A stretch of 64,000 nucleotides of DNA from Octopus vulgaris (taxonomy: Eukaryota): the NCBI GenBank assembly GCA_951406725.2, contig OX597833.1, positions 42,842,001 through 42,906,000 of the forward strand, in the 5' to 3' direction. The position numbers and the translations under genes are program-made. The notes under the pieces are model-generated. The model saw only the letters and a list, made by a program, of their open reading frames with translations, had not been told where the DNA came from and made no database searches. Positions 12,145 to 25,885 of this stretch are shown one piece after another (position 1 is the stretch's first letter; each line of letters begins with the position of its first letter).

Positions 12145-12697
12145 TCTTAAAAGCCAACCGATAGGGAGGCTTATGAGCTAGTATATAGCTTTTAAGCAAC
12201 TGACCCTGAATGGAAAGATCTGCAAACAGATCTCTGACTTACTTTGGAGAATTTGTTGCAATTGTTTCCTCCAGAGTCATATCCCAATGACGACCAAATT
12301 CGTCGCCAAAAAATCATGTAAAAAAAAAATTGCCCTAAACATAGTGAAAACATAGGAATCCAAAATTTCAGGTTTGCAGGTCTGGATTCGGCCCAGAATA
12401 TTTTTAATTTACTCACGGAGTTAGCTATTAGATTATAAAATTTGCTATCGTACAAAAAAATTTGTCGCAAATAGTCACGAAAAAAATTGCCGAATACAAT
12501 CACAGTAACGAAAACTTGAGAATCCAAAATTCCAGGATTGTGAGTCCGGATTCGGACCATGATGTTGTTAATTTACTCAGGGAGTCAGCCTGATTCCAAA
12601 AGGGTATGATCCGTTGGGCTGCGACCTCCAGGAGTAAAGTTGAAAAAGCGTGACAAACTGACACACTGACATTCACATTTATTATATTATATTATAT
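12143..12697 (-). mobile_element. Possible non-autonomous Helitron/Helentron-like element
   Basis: Minus strand starts (ATAAT)n-ataaatgtgaatgtcagtgtgtcag and ends near CTAG (12178-12181) with a small hairpin; the same terminus recurs at ~13520-13548. Confidence 0.4.
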
Positions 12698-12702
12698 AAA
12701 AA

Positions 12703-12899
12703 CACGTGCCTTCTCGAGCCATGCTGGACGGGACGCCGGTCCGTCGCAGGATTACTCATTTTTGCCAGCTGAGTGGACTGGAGGAACGTGAAATGAAGTG
12801 TTTTGTTCAAGAACACAGCACATCGCCCGGTCTAGGAATCGAAACCACAACCTTGCAACCATGAGTTCAACACCCTAACTACTCAGCCAAGCGCCTCCA
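12703..12899 (-). mobile_element. SINE family C-related
   Basis: gcgcctccac head at ~12891-12900; B-box-like ggaatcgaaacc. Confidence 0.7.
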
Positions 12900-12947
12900 C
12901 ACGATAATTTTAGCTATTTCTCCGAAGACTGAAAAATATTATGAACA

Positions 12948-12990
12948 ACCTTAATCGATTTTCGAACCTTATTGCGTTCTCATCAGAAGC
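12948..12990 (-). ncRNA. Minimal hammerhead ribozyme motif, solo
   Basis: Minus strand reads gctt CTGATGA gaac gcaataag gttc GAA AATCGATT A aggt; perfect stem II, palindromic stem III, wobble-rich stem I. Confidence 0.65.
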
Positions 12991-13287
12991 GTCTACATCA
13001 TTCTGACAGTCACCATATTATATTATATTATATTATATTGTATTATTGGCTGCTGGGGGTGTTTGTCTCCCCTTCGTAAATGAATATAAGGACACAGGAA
13101 AAATGTGTCGAAGCCAAAATGGAAGCGTCGATGCTTCCTAGGGCTAAACAGCGGTGGTGTAAGCCCCTACTGTCACGTTCACGTTAGATTGACACTATAC
13201 AACCATTCTATCGCCCCACCACCGTACATATCTCTATGAGAGATTTAGAAATTTAATATTTCTGATTATATTATATTATATCATTAA

Positions 13288-13510
13288 GGCGGTGAACTGG
13301 CAGAGTCGTTAGCACACCGGGCGAACTGCTTAGCGGTATTTCATCTATTGCTGCGTTCTGAGTTCAAAATCCACCTCAGTCGACTTTGCCTTTCATCCTT
13401 TCGAGGTCGATAAAATTAGTACCAGTTACGTACTGGTGTCAATGTAATTGACTTAATGCCTTTCCCCAAAATTTGAGGCCTTGTATTTCCAGTAGAAAGG
13501 ACTTATTAAA
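13288..13510 (+). mobile_element. SINE family B
   Basis: ggcggtgaactggcaga head and gcctttcatcctttcg core. Confidence 0.85.
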
Positions 13511-14131
13511 CTTGAGAAAGTGTGACACACTGACATTCACATTTATTATATCAATTTTAGTGAAACTTAATGATAGTAAGTCCGCTGTCCTAACCACTGG
13601 GCCATTGCGCCTCCACTTGTTGGTGCTGTTACTGTTATTGCTGTTGTTACCGCTACAGCTGCTGCTGCTACTGCTGCTGATGATGATTGTAGTTGAGATG
13701 ATTGCGTCCAAGATGATGACGACGACGACGACGATGATGATAATATCTCAACGACGGCGATAACGATGACAACTCACATATTACCGTGATAATGAGGATA
13801 ATCAAAACGAAATCGATGTTGATTGGTCCACTGTTGCTTCGGTATTAATAGCTTTGTTTTTGCAGGAACTGATATGTTTGCTGTTTGTTGTATTGCTCCG
13901 GATCTCGTGGATATTGTAATTAGCGTAGCTATTGTTGTTGCTACTATTGTTATAATCACTGTTCTTGTTCTCATCGACATCATCATCAATGTTGCTGTCG
14001 ATGTCTGCGACGGGGTTACTCCGTATTAATTTTGTTAATTATCTCAACAGACAGACTCATGTGGACGAATCATAATTGTGTTACAATTTGTTAGTTACAT
14101 AATTAATAGCTCTCTCCCTCTTTCCCACCTG

Positions 14132-14166
<35 letters not shown>

Positions 14167-14509
14167 TAACCTCCCTTCTTCATTCTCTTTCCCACAGTCT
14201 GTGTTTATCTATTGTAACGGTCAATACAATGTGATGATCATATGAATAAAGTGCGTGTATGAACAGAGACACAGACACGAACGCAAACACTAGCGCACAA
14301 AACACAGTCGCCAGAAAATACACGCGCACGCGAGCATATGTATTTCATGTTTGTGTAAAATCATAATCTTGCAATTTGCAAGCTACAAATTAATAAAGAA
14401 GATAATTAATTTAGACGAAATATTGTCTTTATTTTTGTTTGACACTTTCATTAGATCCATCTAGTTATCTGTATACATGCCAGCTTGTCTGTTTGTCTGT
14501 CAGTCTCCC

Positions 14510-14541
<32 letters not shown>

Positions 14542-14692
14542 TGTATGTATCAATTTATCTATCTATGCACTTATATGCGTATGTGTATGTGTGGTGTATA
14601 TTCACACATGGGTGTGTGCACACCTCCTTATTCAAAGTACATATATACATATACATATATATATGCATGTGTGTATGTGTGTATTCATACAC

Positions 14693-14742
<50 letters not shown>

Positions 14743-14782
14743 GTGTGTGTGTGTGCCTGTGTGTGTGTGCCTGTGTGTGTAT

Positions 14783-14819
<37 letters not shown>

Positions 14820-14940
14820 CATATACAGGGAAAATAGGCACTAAGCAGTGATGCGTATAAACATAAACTTGTTACAGTTCAAATATGCTTGGAGAATATT
14901 CAAACCCGCGTCTCTCTCTTTCTCCCTCTCTCTCTCTCTC

Positions 14941-14941
14941 A

Positions 14942-14993
<52 letters not shown>

Positions 14994-15022
14994 GTCTGTC
15001 TGCCTGTCTGTTCTTCTATCTA

Positions 15023-15098
<76 letters not shown>

Positions 15099-15101
15099 CT
15101 A

Positions 15102-15188
<87 letters not shown>

Positions 15189-15210
15189 CGCTATCTATCT
15201 ACCTATCTAT
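14941..15210. repeat. (TCTA)n/(TCTG)n compound microsatellite
   Basis: Read directly from the sequence. Confidence 0.95.
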
Positions 15211-16221
15211 CTTTTGGATGTATGCATATGTGCGTATACGTGCGTGCATGAGTGCGTGTGAATACGTTTGCAAGCTTGCGTGTGTGCGTGTGTATGCATG
15301 TCTCTGTCTATCCGCCTCTACGTCTCCTATGTATCTGTTTCCTACTCTTGTTCTTTTCATTTATTCCTTCTCACATCTCTTTCTCTCTGTCGGACTCTCT
15401 TCTTCCCTCCCCCTCTTTCTCTCAACTTCCCTCTCTTTTCCTCTCGTGTCACAATGCTGAATATCATTTTAAATTTTTGATAAGAGACTTGGCTTCACAG
15501 AGACGCTACTGTCCATCTCTTTTATAGCGGTCAGCAATAGAACTCATTGTTACATAGGTCTAGGAGGTTAAAGCTGACATCTGTCTTCACTGAAAATGCA
15601 CAGCGATTCAGAAGATGCATGAAATCAGTTCAATGTTTCGGAAAAGCTAGTCAGACATCGTCATTATGGATTACACTTGGAAAATGATGTCTCTCCAGCG
15701 ATGCAGCAATATCGATTTGGCCAGAAAATTACTCGGAAAGTAAAGTTAAGAAATTTATCAATGTTTTACTTTTACGTGCAGAACAAGTTTATTAAATTGA
15801 CCTCATCACTTGACTGGCTGTTATTTTCTCGGCCCTAGAAACTTGAAAATGATCTACAATTTCAACTTTCTTCGAATCCCTAAAAAGAGTCGACGTATTT
15901 CTGTTGCTTATAAAGGCGCGTGGTCTATTGGTCAAGGTGTTACATTCGCGACCGCTAGATCGTGATTTTGATTCCTGGATCGGGCGATGTGTTGTGTTCT
16001 TGAACAACACACTCCATTTCACGAAGCTCCAGTCCCCTCAGCTGTAAGTAAGCGCAGTACTTGACCGTTTAACCCAGTACTGGACCGTTTAACTTATCAA
16101 CCTACAGAGCATGGAAGGTAAAGTTGGAATGCAAAAAGCCTAAATAAAAACTGCATGCTATTTTCCTAATGCCCCAATGATTCTACTAATTAGCAATTGA
16201 TATTAATATTAGCTACAGTTA

Positions 16222-16428
16222 AGGCAGCGAGCTGGCAGAATCGTCAGCACACCGGGCAAAATGGTTAGCGGCATTTCGTCTGTCCTTACGTTCTGAGTTC
16301 AAATTTTGCCGAGATCGATTCTGCCTTTTATCCTTTTGAGTTCGATAAAATAAGTACCAGTGAAACACTGGAGTCAGTGTAACCGACTCACCCCTCCCCT
16401 GAACTTGCTGGCCAAAATTTGAAACCAA
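16222..16428 (+). mobile_element. SINE family B; a decayed opposite-strand copy follows at ~16470-16665
   Basis: ggcagcgagctggcagaatcg head and core. Confidence 0.8.
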
Positions 16429-16670
16429 TATTAGCTACAATTAATATATTAATAATTGTTTCTGTTTTAGGTACAGCCAGCATTTTTTTTACATCGGATT
16501 TAGTCGATTCCATCAACCCTAGTACTTGATTGGTACTATTTCTCATCGACCCAGGAGAGATGAAGAACCAAGTCGATTTTGGCGTAATTTGAACCCAGAT
16601 TGTAAAGAAAGACAAAATGCTGCTAAGCATTTTTCTTGGCGAGCTAAAGATTCTGCCAGCCCGCTCCCCT

Positions 16671-16733
<63 letters not shown>

Positions 16734-16753
16734 AATAATAATAATAATAATAA

Positions 16754-18116
16754 GATAGAAGAAAGAGGAATATTGTGGTACCTAAACATAATCTGGAAGA
16801 TATTCACTGGAATATGTGCAACAAAGATACACTTTCCTGGCACAGGAAGAAATACTACCAAGGGAACAAAAAGGATGTAGGAAGATTTCTCAGGGTACCA
16901 AGGATCACCTGGTCATCAGCTTTGAGGCATTGTAAAAAACATCATACAAACATGTCTATCGCTTGGATTGACTTTAAGAAGGCATATGATATGATGTTTG
17001 GTGTTGCTGACAACATCGCAAATTTTCTGATGTATAGCATGAAAGATTGGAAAACCTAATTGTACTCAAGTAATGTATTCCTTGGAGAAGTTAATATTAA
17101 AAGGGGAATCTTCGAAGATGACTCGTTTTCTCCGTTACTTTTTGTAATTGCACTAATACCCATAAGAATGTTAAGATGGGTTACCGATGTGGAAAAAAGG
17201 TCCATCATTGAACCATCTTTTGTTTATAGATGACCTGAAATTGTTTGGAAAATCTGAAAAACAGATGGAGCTGAGGAGAAGAGAAGACCCTTTTAAAATG
17301 AGAATGCATGGACAGTTTGAAAGGAATACACGAGACGTTAATGACAATGCAGTATGGTGATTTGGAGTGTACCACCGAAATCCTGATCATTGCTGCACAA
17401 GACCAGGCTCTCGCTACCAATTCAGTGAATTATAACATCTATAAAACTTCAGACACCCAGAAATACAGACTCTGAGGAAAGAGTATGGAAAATATGACCC
17501 ACTTGGTAAGTAGATGTCAAGGATTTGCACAAAAAGAATACAAGCGCCGCCATTATAAAGTGTGTGTGTGTATCTTCTGTTGGCTCTTATGCCGTAAATA
17601 CCAATATGAAGTAACAGAGAACTGGTATGATCATGTACCAAGTAAATTTATGTAGGAAGATGAAAAAGTAACGATACTCTGGAACTATGATTTTCAGACA
17701 AATTGTGTAATCGAACACCGTCGGCCAGATATTTCTATATTGAATAAGAGAGACAAATACTGTCGGATCATTGATGTAGCCACACCAAATGATATGAATG
17801 CTGTGAGTAAAGAGGTTGACAAAATCACCAAGTACTCCGAATTGAAAGTGGAAATGGCAAGACTGTATATGGAATGCGAGCGGTAATGTAAAAGTGACAC
17901 CAGTGGTGATCGGAGCGTTGGACTCAATCTCATTGAAACTTCAAGACTTCTTAAGGCAAATGGAAATACCATGCAAGATTGATGTCTTGCAAAAATCAGC
18001 CTTATTGGGCACGGCGTACATCTTAGGGAAACTATTATCTGTCTGAGGTCCTTGTTGTGACTTGATAGATGACTAAAGACTCCGGTGCATTTTAACTCGC
18101 ACTGTGTTGCGAATGA
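16754..18116 (+). mobile_element. Decayed, internally deleted R4/Dong-type non-LTR retrotransposon (RT plus restriction-like endonuclease)
   Basis: Broken frames give IDFKKAYD, RGIFEDDSFSPLLF, NHLLFIDDLKLF, IAAQDQALAT, HRRPDI, IIDVA, K..KY and LQKSALLGTAYILRK; flanked by (TAA)n on both sides. Confidence 0.9.
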
Positions 18117-18119
18117 ATA

Positions 18120-18156
<37 letters not shown>

Positions 18157-18202
18157 CAACAACAACGACGACGACGACAACAACAATAATAATGATAATG
18201 AT

Positions 18203-18748
18203 GACCTGATGCTGTACCAGGCAGTTACTCTCATGGTTTCTGATATTAACTGATTGGAAGTGTTATCATGTACATGTTTTGTCTTGGGTTACAGCAAATA
18301 TTCTGCTCACTACCACAGAGTTGCTTATCAATTGCTTGACCTCAATCAGTTGAGCATGTCCCTTAATCGCTGACGATTTGTGCATCTCTGATCATGAGCA
18401 GGAGTAGTGGGGGAGATCATCATAGCCTTGTGTTAAGAGGAATTCTTTGGTGTTTTAATAATTCGCCTCTAGAAACGTGGTAGTTTCGTTCATCATTCAT
18501 AAACAAACCTTATTTAGAGGCCTTTTGAGCAGGATGGGCTACTCGACCTGAAAAAAATTCGAACTGAGCCCCACCTACAAGCTCATGCGCTGTTTATCTT
18601 GACATGAGATCATCATGTCGCGCACATATGGTTGTGATGCATGTGCTTGGTGTACCCTTATCAGTTGGGTAGTCATGGTGGGTATATTGGACTTGTATAT
18701 TTGTATCCCGGTGTCATCATATTGATGGCATGCATTGCTCCCTCACTC
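18203..18748 (+). mobile_element. ~550-bp non-coding interspersed element embedded in (TAA)n
   Basis: Complex sequence sharply bounded by AAT repeats; probably non-autonomous or a 3' UTR of a TAA-targeting retroelement. Confidence 0.45.
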
Positions 18749-18764
18749 AATAATAATAATAATG

Positions 18765-18797
<33 letters not shown>

Positions 18798-18798
<1 letters not shown>

Positions 18799-18938
18799 GT
18801 ACAACACTAAGTACAAAACCAAATATATGGCACCCTAGGCATAACACCAACATGAACTTCCAACTTGTTGTCTCTTGAGGTCTCTGGGTGAGACTTGGAG
18901 CCAGCTTGTACAAATGTAAAGCAAAAGTCAAACATAGA
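18798..18938 (+). mobile_element. Short 3' UTR fragment of a Dong-like element in (TAA)n
   Basis: tgaggtctctgggtgagacttgga resembles tgaggtccttgttgtgacttgata just after the ORF end at ~18044; TAA repeats on both sides. Confidence 0.55.
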
Positions 18939-18959
18939 ATAATAATAATAATAATAATA

Positions 18960-19009
<50 letters not shown>

Positions 19010-19058
19010 AGTGGTGGTAGTGGTGGTGGTGGTGGTGGTGGTGGTGGTGGTGGTGGTG

Positions 19059-19090
<32 letters not shown>

Positions 19091-19136
19091 GATAGTGATG
19101 ATGATGGTGATGATGATGATGATGATGATGACGATG

Positions 19137-19222
<86 letters not shown>
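18938..19222. repeat. Compound trinucleotide microsatellite AAT-GAT-GGT-GAT-AAT
   Basis: Read directly from the sequence. Confidence 0.95.
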
Positions 19223-19223
<1 letters not shown>

Positions 19224-19741
19224 GCAATTATAGAAATAATAGTTTTTAATATAGGAACAAGCCCAGAAATCTGAGTGGTGGAGGACAGTCGATTATACTG
19301 TCCCCAGTTCCGGAGTACTTATTCAATCGATTCAGCGATAATAAAAAACAATGTCGAATTCAACAGGATTCAAAGCTAGAAAAAAATGAAAGGTGTAACC
19401 TGACACCAGCAGGCATTTTGTCTGCCACTCTACCAACCTTGCTATTTCATCACCTTAGAAACATCAACCTCTCAAGACTTAAGAATCGGAGATAAAACAT
19501 ATGTTTCTTTTCTCAGTCTTTTGAAGGTGGGCCTGAGTTGTAAAGATATGAGTCAGCAGCCATGGAAGACTTCGTTCTAAATAACTTTTTCTTTTAAATA
19601 TTATGTTTGTTTCTTTTTTTTTTTTACTTTGTTTCACCTGCTTACGTCCTGGATTCAAATACGATTCAAATACACACAAACACACACAATACACATTATA
19701 GATATTAAATATATATATATGTGTGTGTGTGTGTATAACTA

Positions 19742-19826
<85 letters not shown>

Positions 19827-20148
19827 GCATATATATATATGCATATTGTAAGAATAAGCTGATGGATGGGGAGACACACCTATAATAATGTAGGTGGATG
19901 GATAGACAACTAGATTGCCAGATAGAAATATCGATGGTCTATGTATGTGTGTGTGTGTTGTGTGTGCGTGTATGTGTGTGTGTGCATTTGTGCGTGTATG
20001 TGTGTATGTGTGTGTCGAGTATGTAAATGTATGTATGATAGTATGACTGTATGCGTATGTGGAAAGAGAAATAGACAGAGTTAACAAAAAGAGAAAGAAG
20101 TGAGAGTTAAGGAGAGAAATAAATAGGCATATAGACAGAAACAAATAC

Positions 20149-20189
<41 letters not shown>

Positions 20190-20407
20190 GAAAGATAGAT
20201 AGAAGTGAGAGACAGAATGAGCAGACGAAAATGAAAGAGAGCAATAGAGACGAAGAGACAGTGAGAACGTCAGACAAGTCGGATATCAACGGGTTAACAT
20301 TATAGGTGTCATTTATAATCTTGATTCATCGTCTTCTGGAAACGTCCTCTGCTTTACAAAGAAATACACTTCCCCGTACTACATCCCTCCTCCTCCTCCT
20401 CCTCCTC

Positions 20408-20441
<34 letters not shown>

Positions 20442-20561
20442 CACTTGCACATCAATCACTTCCTTCATTTCTTTTAAGTTGTGAGGTGTTTATCCAAAAA
20501 CATGAACAGAGGCACTATTGGTGTGATGAAGAAAGCAAAACTACAATATTCTTTGTGGTTT

Positions 20562-20654
<93 letters not shown>

Positions 20655-21389
20655 TGTCTGTCTGTGTGTATACCAGCCGTATTTGAATCCACGTTATACA
20701 GGTACGAACTGAGATGGCTTGGAGGTTGCCACGCAAATGTCTAATTCGCGTCTTCCTTGTAAAACTCGTGTGCGCTACCACATGGTCAACGTTTGGCGGA
20801 AGCGTCAAAGGCTGGCTGGAGGGCTTGAAGAAGCAGTTCAAAGACCACTTTCTAGAAGAGCACATTGACGTTTTACAAGGGGAAGATACTGCTAGCCGTA
20901 ACTCAATTGGCGGTCTCATTATTGGCATAAGATTAAAGATATAAAGAAGTAACTCGGCATTATTTGCATGAAAAGGTGAATGTACATAAAGGTACATATT
21001 GTCTTTTCAAAACCAATACTTACATGTTCCGACGGCGATTGATATCATACTTCAAAGATTGAGTCACCAAAAGATTTACATATAAAGATGTCAGTCATCA
21101 AATTATTTGATGGATATACATACATGCGTACATACATACATACATACATACATACATACATTTGAAAAATTAGGCTTCTCAAAACCAGAAAGGAGAAAGA
21201 TAATTCGAAGGCTAAGATCCAAGCCATTATTGTAACTGTAAAATTCTGTAAAACTCTCCAGAAATTGATCATTTAAATATATATGAGCACGCCTAGATAT
21301 GCAACTATAAGCATGAAAATACAAACATAAAACAAAACATACAAATATTCACATACACATACATACAAAATGCCCTGTTGTTGTTGAAA

Positions 21390-22450
21390 TAGAGCGTGCA
21401 CCAGCTTTTTTGAGGACACCTTTTCCAAGAGCTCTAAAGTTCTTCGAACGTATTATTTTACCTTATTTTTCAGATAAACAATGTCAGAAATCAGGTTGAC
21501 TCAGCAAATGAAAGGCAAATTGTCATAGTTGCTTTAAAAGCGCAGCATAGTGATACAGAGATAACCCGTTTCCTGGAAGTTTCCCGATTTTTTGTTGTCA
21601 AAGTTCGAAAGGAACTGGAAGCTACTGAAGGTGACCCAACAGCAGAAACTAAACACAAATCTCATGCACATAGTTGTAATACCATTAGAACATATAAGGT
21701 TTTACAAAAGAAATAATCGACACCCCCACCCACAAAGTCAATCAGAGCTATTGCAGTGGACCTCAAGATTCTAGAATGCACCATAAGAAGAGCTGTGTAT
21801 GAGACCATCTGGTACAAGTTGTGTGATGCGAAGGTCAGTTTATGTCGAATGTGACAGAAGAGAATCGTTCAATCTGTGCAATGCGCTTGCTAACCAAGTT
21901 AAAAACCAGAGTTTGGAATGTTTTAGTTTTTCTCCGAGTAGAAAAATTTCGACCAGGACCAAAAGGTAGACCGAAGGAACGACAGCTAGTTATGCAAAAA
22001 CTCGAATATGGTTCCAATGGTTATGCATATTAAGTTCCTAGCATCTGTGATGGTTCTGAGAGTCATCAGCAACGAAAGAAAGGTCATTCCTTTTACATTT
22101 TTCCCAGAATTTAAAGTCAGTGATGCTGTCTATACAGAAGTGTTGGAGAAAGTTGTGAGGCCCTGGATATACAGACTGTACGTCATGCAAAAATACTCTA
22201 CGCTGTTTCATAAAGCTAGGGCAATCCAAACGAGGATGAGATCGAATCTCTTTGGTCATGTTCTGCAACGCATTGCTTCCTAGCTCATAAAATCTCAAAT
22301 CACTGGTAAGTAATCGAGAGAGAGAGAGCTCAATAAACAGCCCTATAACACCATATAATCTCCCAAGTCCGTCATATTGCTCTTATAGCTCCTCAGTACT
22401 ATATATTCGATTCACCTCAAGTGGTTGGACTGGGAATTCAAATTTCTCGA
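21390..22450 (+). mobile_element. Decayed Tc1/mariner-superfamily transposase, maT/DD37D-like
   Basis: Frames give KSIRAIAVDL, FSE*KNFDQDQKVDRRND, VPMVMHIKFLASVMVLRVISNE and YTEVLEKVVRPWI; many stops and frameshifts. Confidence 0.75.
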
Positions 22451-23236
22451 GTATTGACCATCGAATGGATCTCGGCACTGTTTGAAAGGTTTTGGCCACA
22501 TCAACCTTCGATGACTTGGATGAAATTAAAAAACGTAAATCATACAAGGACAATGGGCTGTTATCTGCAATATTCCAACGACAATACTGTCTCATCTTTA
22601 ACTGAATTTGATCTAGAAACTACTACCGATACATTTGTTCGCGGTTACAAGATGTTTGATGTCACTCATACTTTCAGTATAAAATATTCGAAGACACATT
22701 CAAATTATTTATCCAAGGTGGACGAGTCAAAGAAGCTGCATTCTTCTCCTGTCTTGTCAGCATCTTGTCCAACTCCTGTTCTCTTGAAATGACATTACTA
22801 CGTGAATATGAGAAGCCCACAAGCCCTTTGGGTTTCCTCTAACATTGTGTTTCACAACCGAAACCTGAGACGCAAATGTAAGATTGCTGCGCTCTTTACA
22901 TTATTTTATGAATATGAGAGGTAGACGACGTATGAAGAATCCTGCACATGTATACAAATACAACCCCCACACACACATACACAATTCCTCTCTCTCCCTT
23001 CCTCTCTCTCTCTCGCTTCCTCTCTCTCCCTTCCTCTCTCTCTCCTTTTCCCTCTCTCTCTCTCTCCTTTCCCCTCTCTCTCCCTTCCTTTCTCTCTCCC
23101 TTCCTCTCTCTCTAGCTTCCACTCTTTTTCTCTCTGTCTCACGCATACATACACAGGCACGGTCTTTCTGACGCGTGCGTACATAGACTCGCATACACAT
23201 ACTCTCTCTCTCACACACACACATACATAAATATGC

Positions 23237-23291
<55 letters not shown>

Positions 23292-23685
23292 CACATGCAC
23301 ACACGATCTGTCGCTCTCTCTCGCACACAAAAAAACATATGGTAGATCTCCGTCGTTTGTCGATGAGGATACTGTTCTTCGATTAACTGAATTATTTGCT
23401 CCTGATTTAACGTGTCCCTGAGTATTCCACAAACACGTGTGCCCTTAACGTAGTTCTCAGGTAAGCGTGACAAGGCTATAACCTTTTAAAAGAAAAAAAA
23501 AAGTCAACTCGATGGTCTACTACTATAAAGTTTCTGTTAGCTGAATTTCAATCACACGATATCAGTGAAACGGAAGGTACACAAGATAACATTCACCAAA
23601 AATGCTACGTCGTGAAATCGAACCCAAGTCCCACGTCGTAGCGTAGTGAGCTATGCCACACATGTATATATGCACGTGTGTGTAA

Positions 23686-23775
<90 letters not shown>

Positions 23776-24212
23776 GTGTCTCTCTGTCTGTAAGTATGTA
23801 TGTATGTATGTATGTATGTATGCATTTATATCTGTATAGCAACAATTCCCTCGTGCACATAATACAAGAGCGTGACGAAGTTGCTATTCTTGTTGTTGTT
23901 CATTAACCTCACAACAGCTCTACCCTGTGATCAAAGACTTTCCAGTCGTAAACATCTCGTCTTTGCATATAGGTACAAAACACCTACACCTACTATCTCT
24001 TTATCCGACTGCAAGGATGTAATTTTAGGGTGGTTTGGCTGATATTTCTAGCAGAGCGATCGAGTAAGCAGCGCTTACCTCATTGAAGTGAGGGGAAAAC
24101 AGAGAAAAACAGAGAATGAGAGGTAGGAGGTTAGTTATAAAGGGTTTAGCCACCCTATCCCTACTTCTTGTAGCATACATACAAAAAAGGGCTTCAATGA
24201 TTCTTCCCCGAT

Positions 24213-24213
24213 C

Positions 24214-24276
<63 letters not shown>

Positions 24277-24421
24277 TGATGGTGATGATAATGATGATGA
24301 TGAGGACGAGGAGAAGTAGGATGATGATGATGATGATGATGATGTTGATAATGATAATAATGATAATGATAATGATAATAATCGTAACGATGATAATAAT
24401 AACACCAATAATAATAATAGC

Positions 24422-24454
<33 letters not shown>

Positions 24455-24476
24455 AATAATAATAATAATAATATAA
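24213..24476. repeat. Compound AAT/GAT/AAC microsatellite
   Basis: Read directly from the sequence. Confidence 0.95.
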
Positions 24477-25285
24477 ATAAATTCATACATCAAGATAAAG
24501 AAAGAAAGGAAGCATAATAATAATAAAGAAACTTTGGTGAATTTTGTTTTAAAGAATGCAACAAGCAGAGCCATCTGGTGTAAGGTACGACAGGTAGATG
24601 TGTTGTTTTAAGAATGTGAGCAAGCTTAAGAGATAAAATTTTGTTTTGGAGAAAGTGGATCCAACCAAAAATGTGTGCTATGCCGCGTAATATTACTGCT
24701 ATAATCTAATGTGTGTGTGTGTGTGTGTGTATCCACACGTGAAGGTGTACGAAGGAGAGTGTTCAAGTAGAAATGTGTGAGCGGGGGTTTGGGTATATCT
24801 GTGCATGTGATAATGTGTGTGTGTGCGTGTGTGTATGGGAGGAGTGTGAGTGTATGTGCATGTATTTATGTGTATGTGTGATAGTATATGTACGTGTGTG
24901 ATATGGATACATCAAGATTGTATGTATGCGTGTGTTTATCTGACTATGTGTAATTGTTTGACACCTGGAATCTTGTTTGTGCTTTCTTATCTATCTCCAT
25001 CTAATACCTCAGCTATCTCTTTTACTTTCAATCTATAATGCTCCTATTATTATAAGATATAGCAAGGGTACAGAAGTATCACTGAAACGTAGGGGTGCCG
25101 GACGAAAATGCCACGCCGTATTTAGTTACCTTCGCTGCACTAGGTTTAAATAAAGCTTTGGCCGACTTCACTTTCTGAGGTAAAATAAAATAAAATACCC
25201 GTCAAGAACTGCGATCGATTTAATACAATACCACTTCTAAGTTATATATGATATATGATATGATATGATATGATATGATTTGATA

Positions 25286-25387
<102 letters not shown>

Positions 25388-25717
25388 GTGTGTGTATGCT
25401 TTCGGCGCGAATGGTTTGTTAAGCGGTGTCGAGTTTTACAATTATGTAAATAACAATAATGGAATTTTTTGTATAAGCTTAAAGCTTATAGCGATCACCG
25501 TGCAAATAATTAAGCAAAATAGTCTAATAATGGGGCATATAAATCCTCGACAAAACTAAACGTAGGCTTTCGCGTATGCGTGGGATTCGAGCCTGCATTC
25601 CTTTGTAAACGCGTTATATATGAAATGCATAGAGTGTTAGGTGTGATGTACAGAAATTGAATATTGAGAAAAAAGTCGTCAGAATTTTGGAAAAAAAATC
25701 TTTTTATTTCTTCATTA

Positions 25718-25757
25718 TTATTAGCGCTTTCGCTCCATTCTCGAACTTGTCAAATAA
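25718..25757 (-). ncRNA. Minimal hammerhead motif, U3-A8 variant
   Basis: Minus strand reads ttat TTGACAA gttc gagaatg gagc GAA AGCGCT A ataa. Confidence 0.65.
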
Positions 25758-25845
25758 AAAACAATATTTTCTTCAAAACCCCCCCCCCCAAAAAAAAACA
25801 TCTGTTTTATATAAATGAACGAGGTGTTTGTACATTCACAAAATT

Positions 25846-25885
25846 TTATTTGACAAGTTCAAGAAAGGAACGAAAGTGCTAATAA
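25846..25885 (+). ncRNA. Minimal hammerhead motif, U3-A8 variant
   Basis: ttat TTGACAA gttc aagaaag gaac GAA AGTGCT A ataa. Confidence 0.65.

Noticed and set aside
20714-20944. ORF with KGWLEGLKKQF...LQGEDTAS, resembling a pogo/Tigger CENP-B-type region or an exon
   Set aside because: Short, with no TIRs or clear splice-site pair; ambiguous.
25560-25605. tRNA-like T-arm (ggctcgaatccc) on the minus strand
   Set aside because: No complete cloverleaf; probably a SINE or TE fragment. The same applies to all SINE heads, so no true tRNA gene is called.
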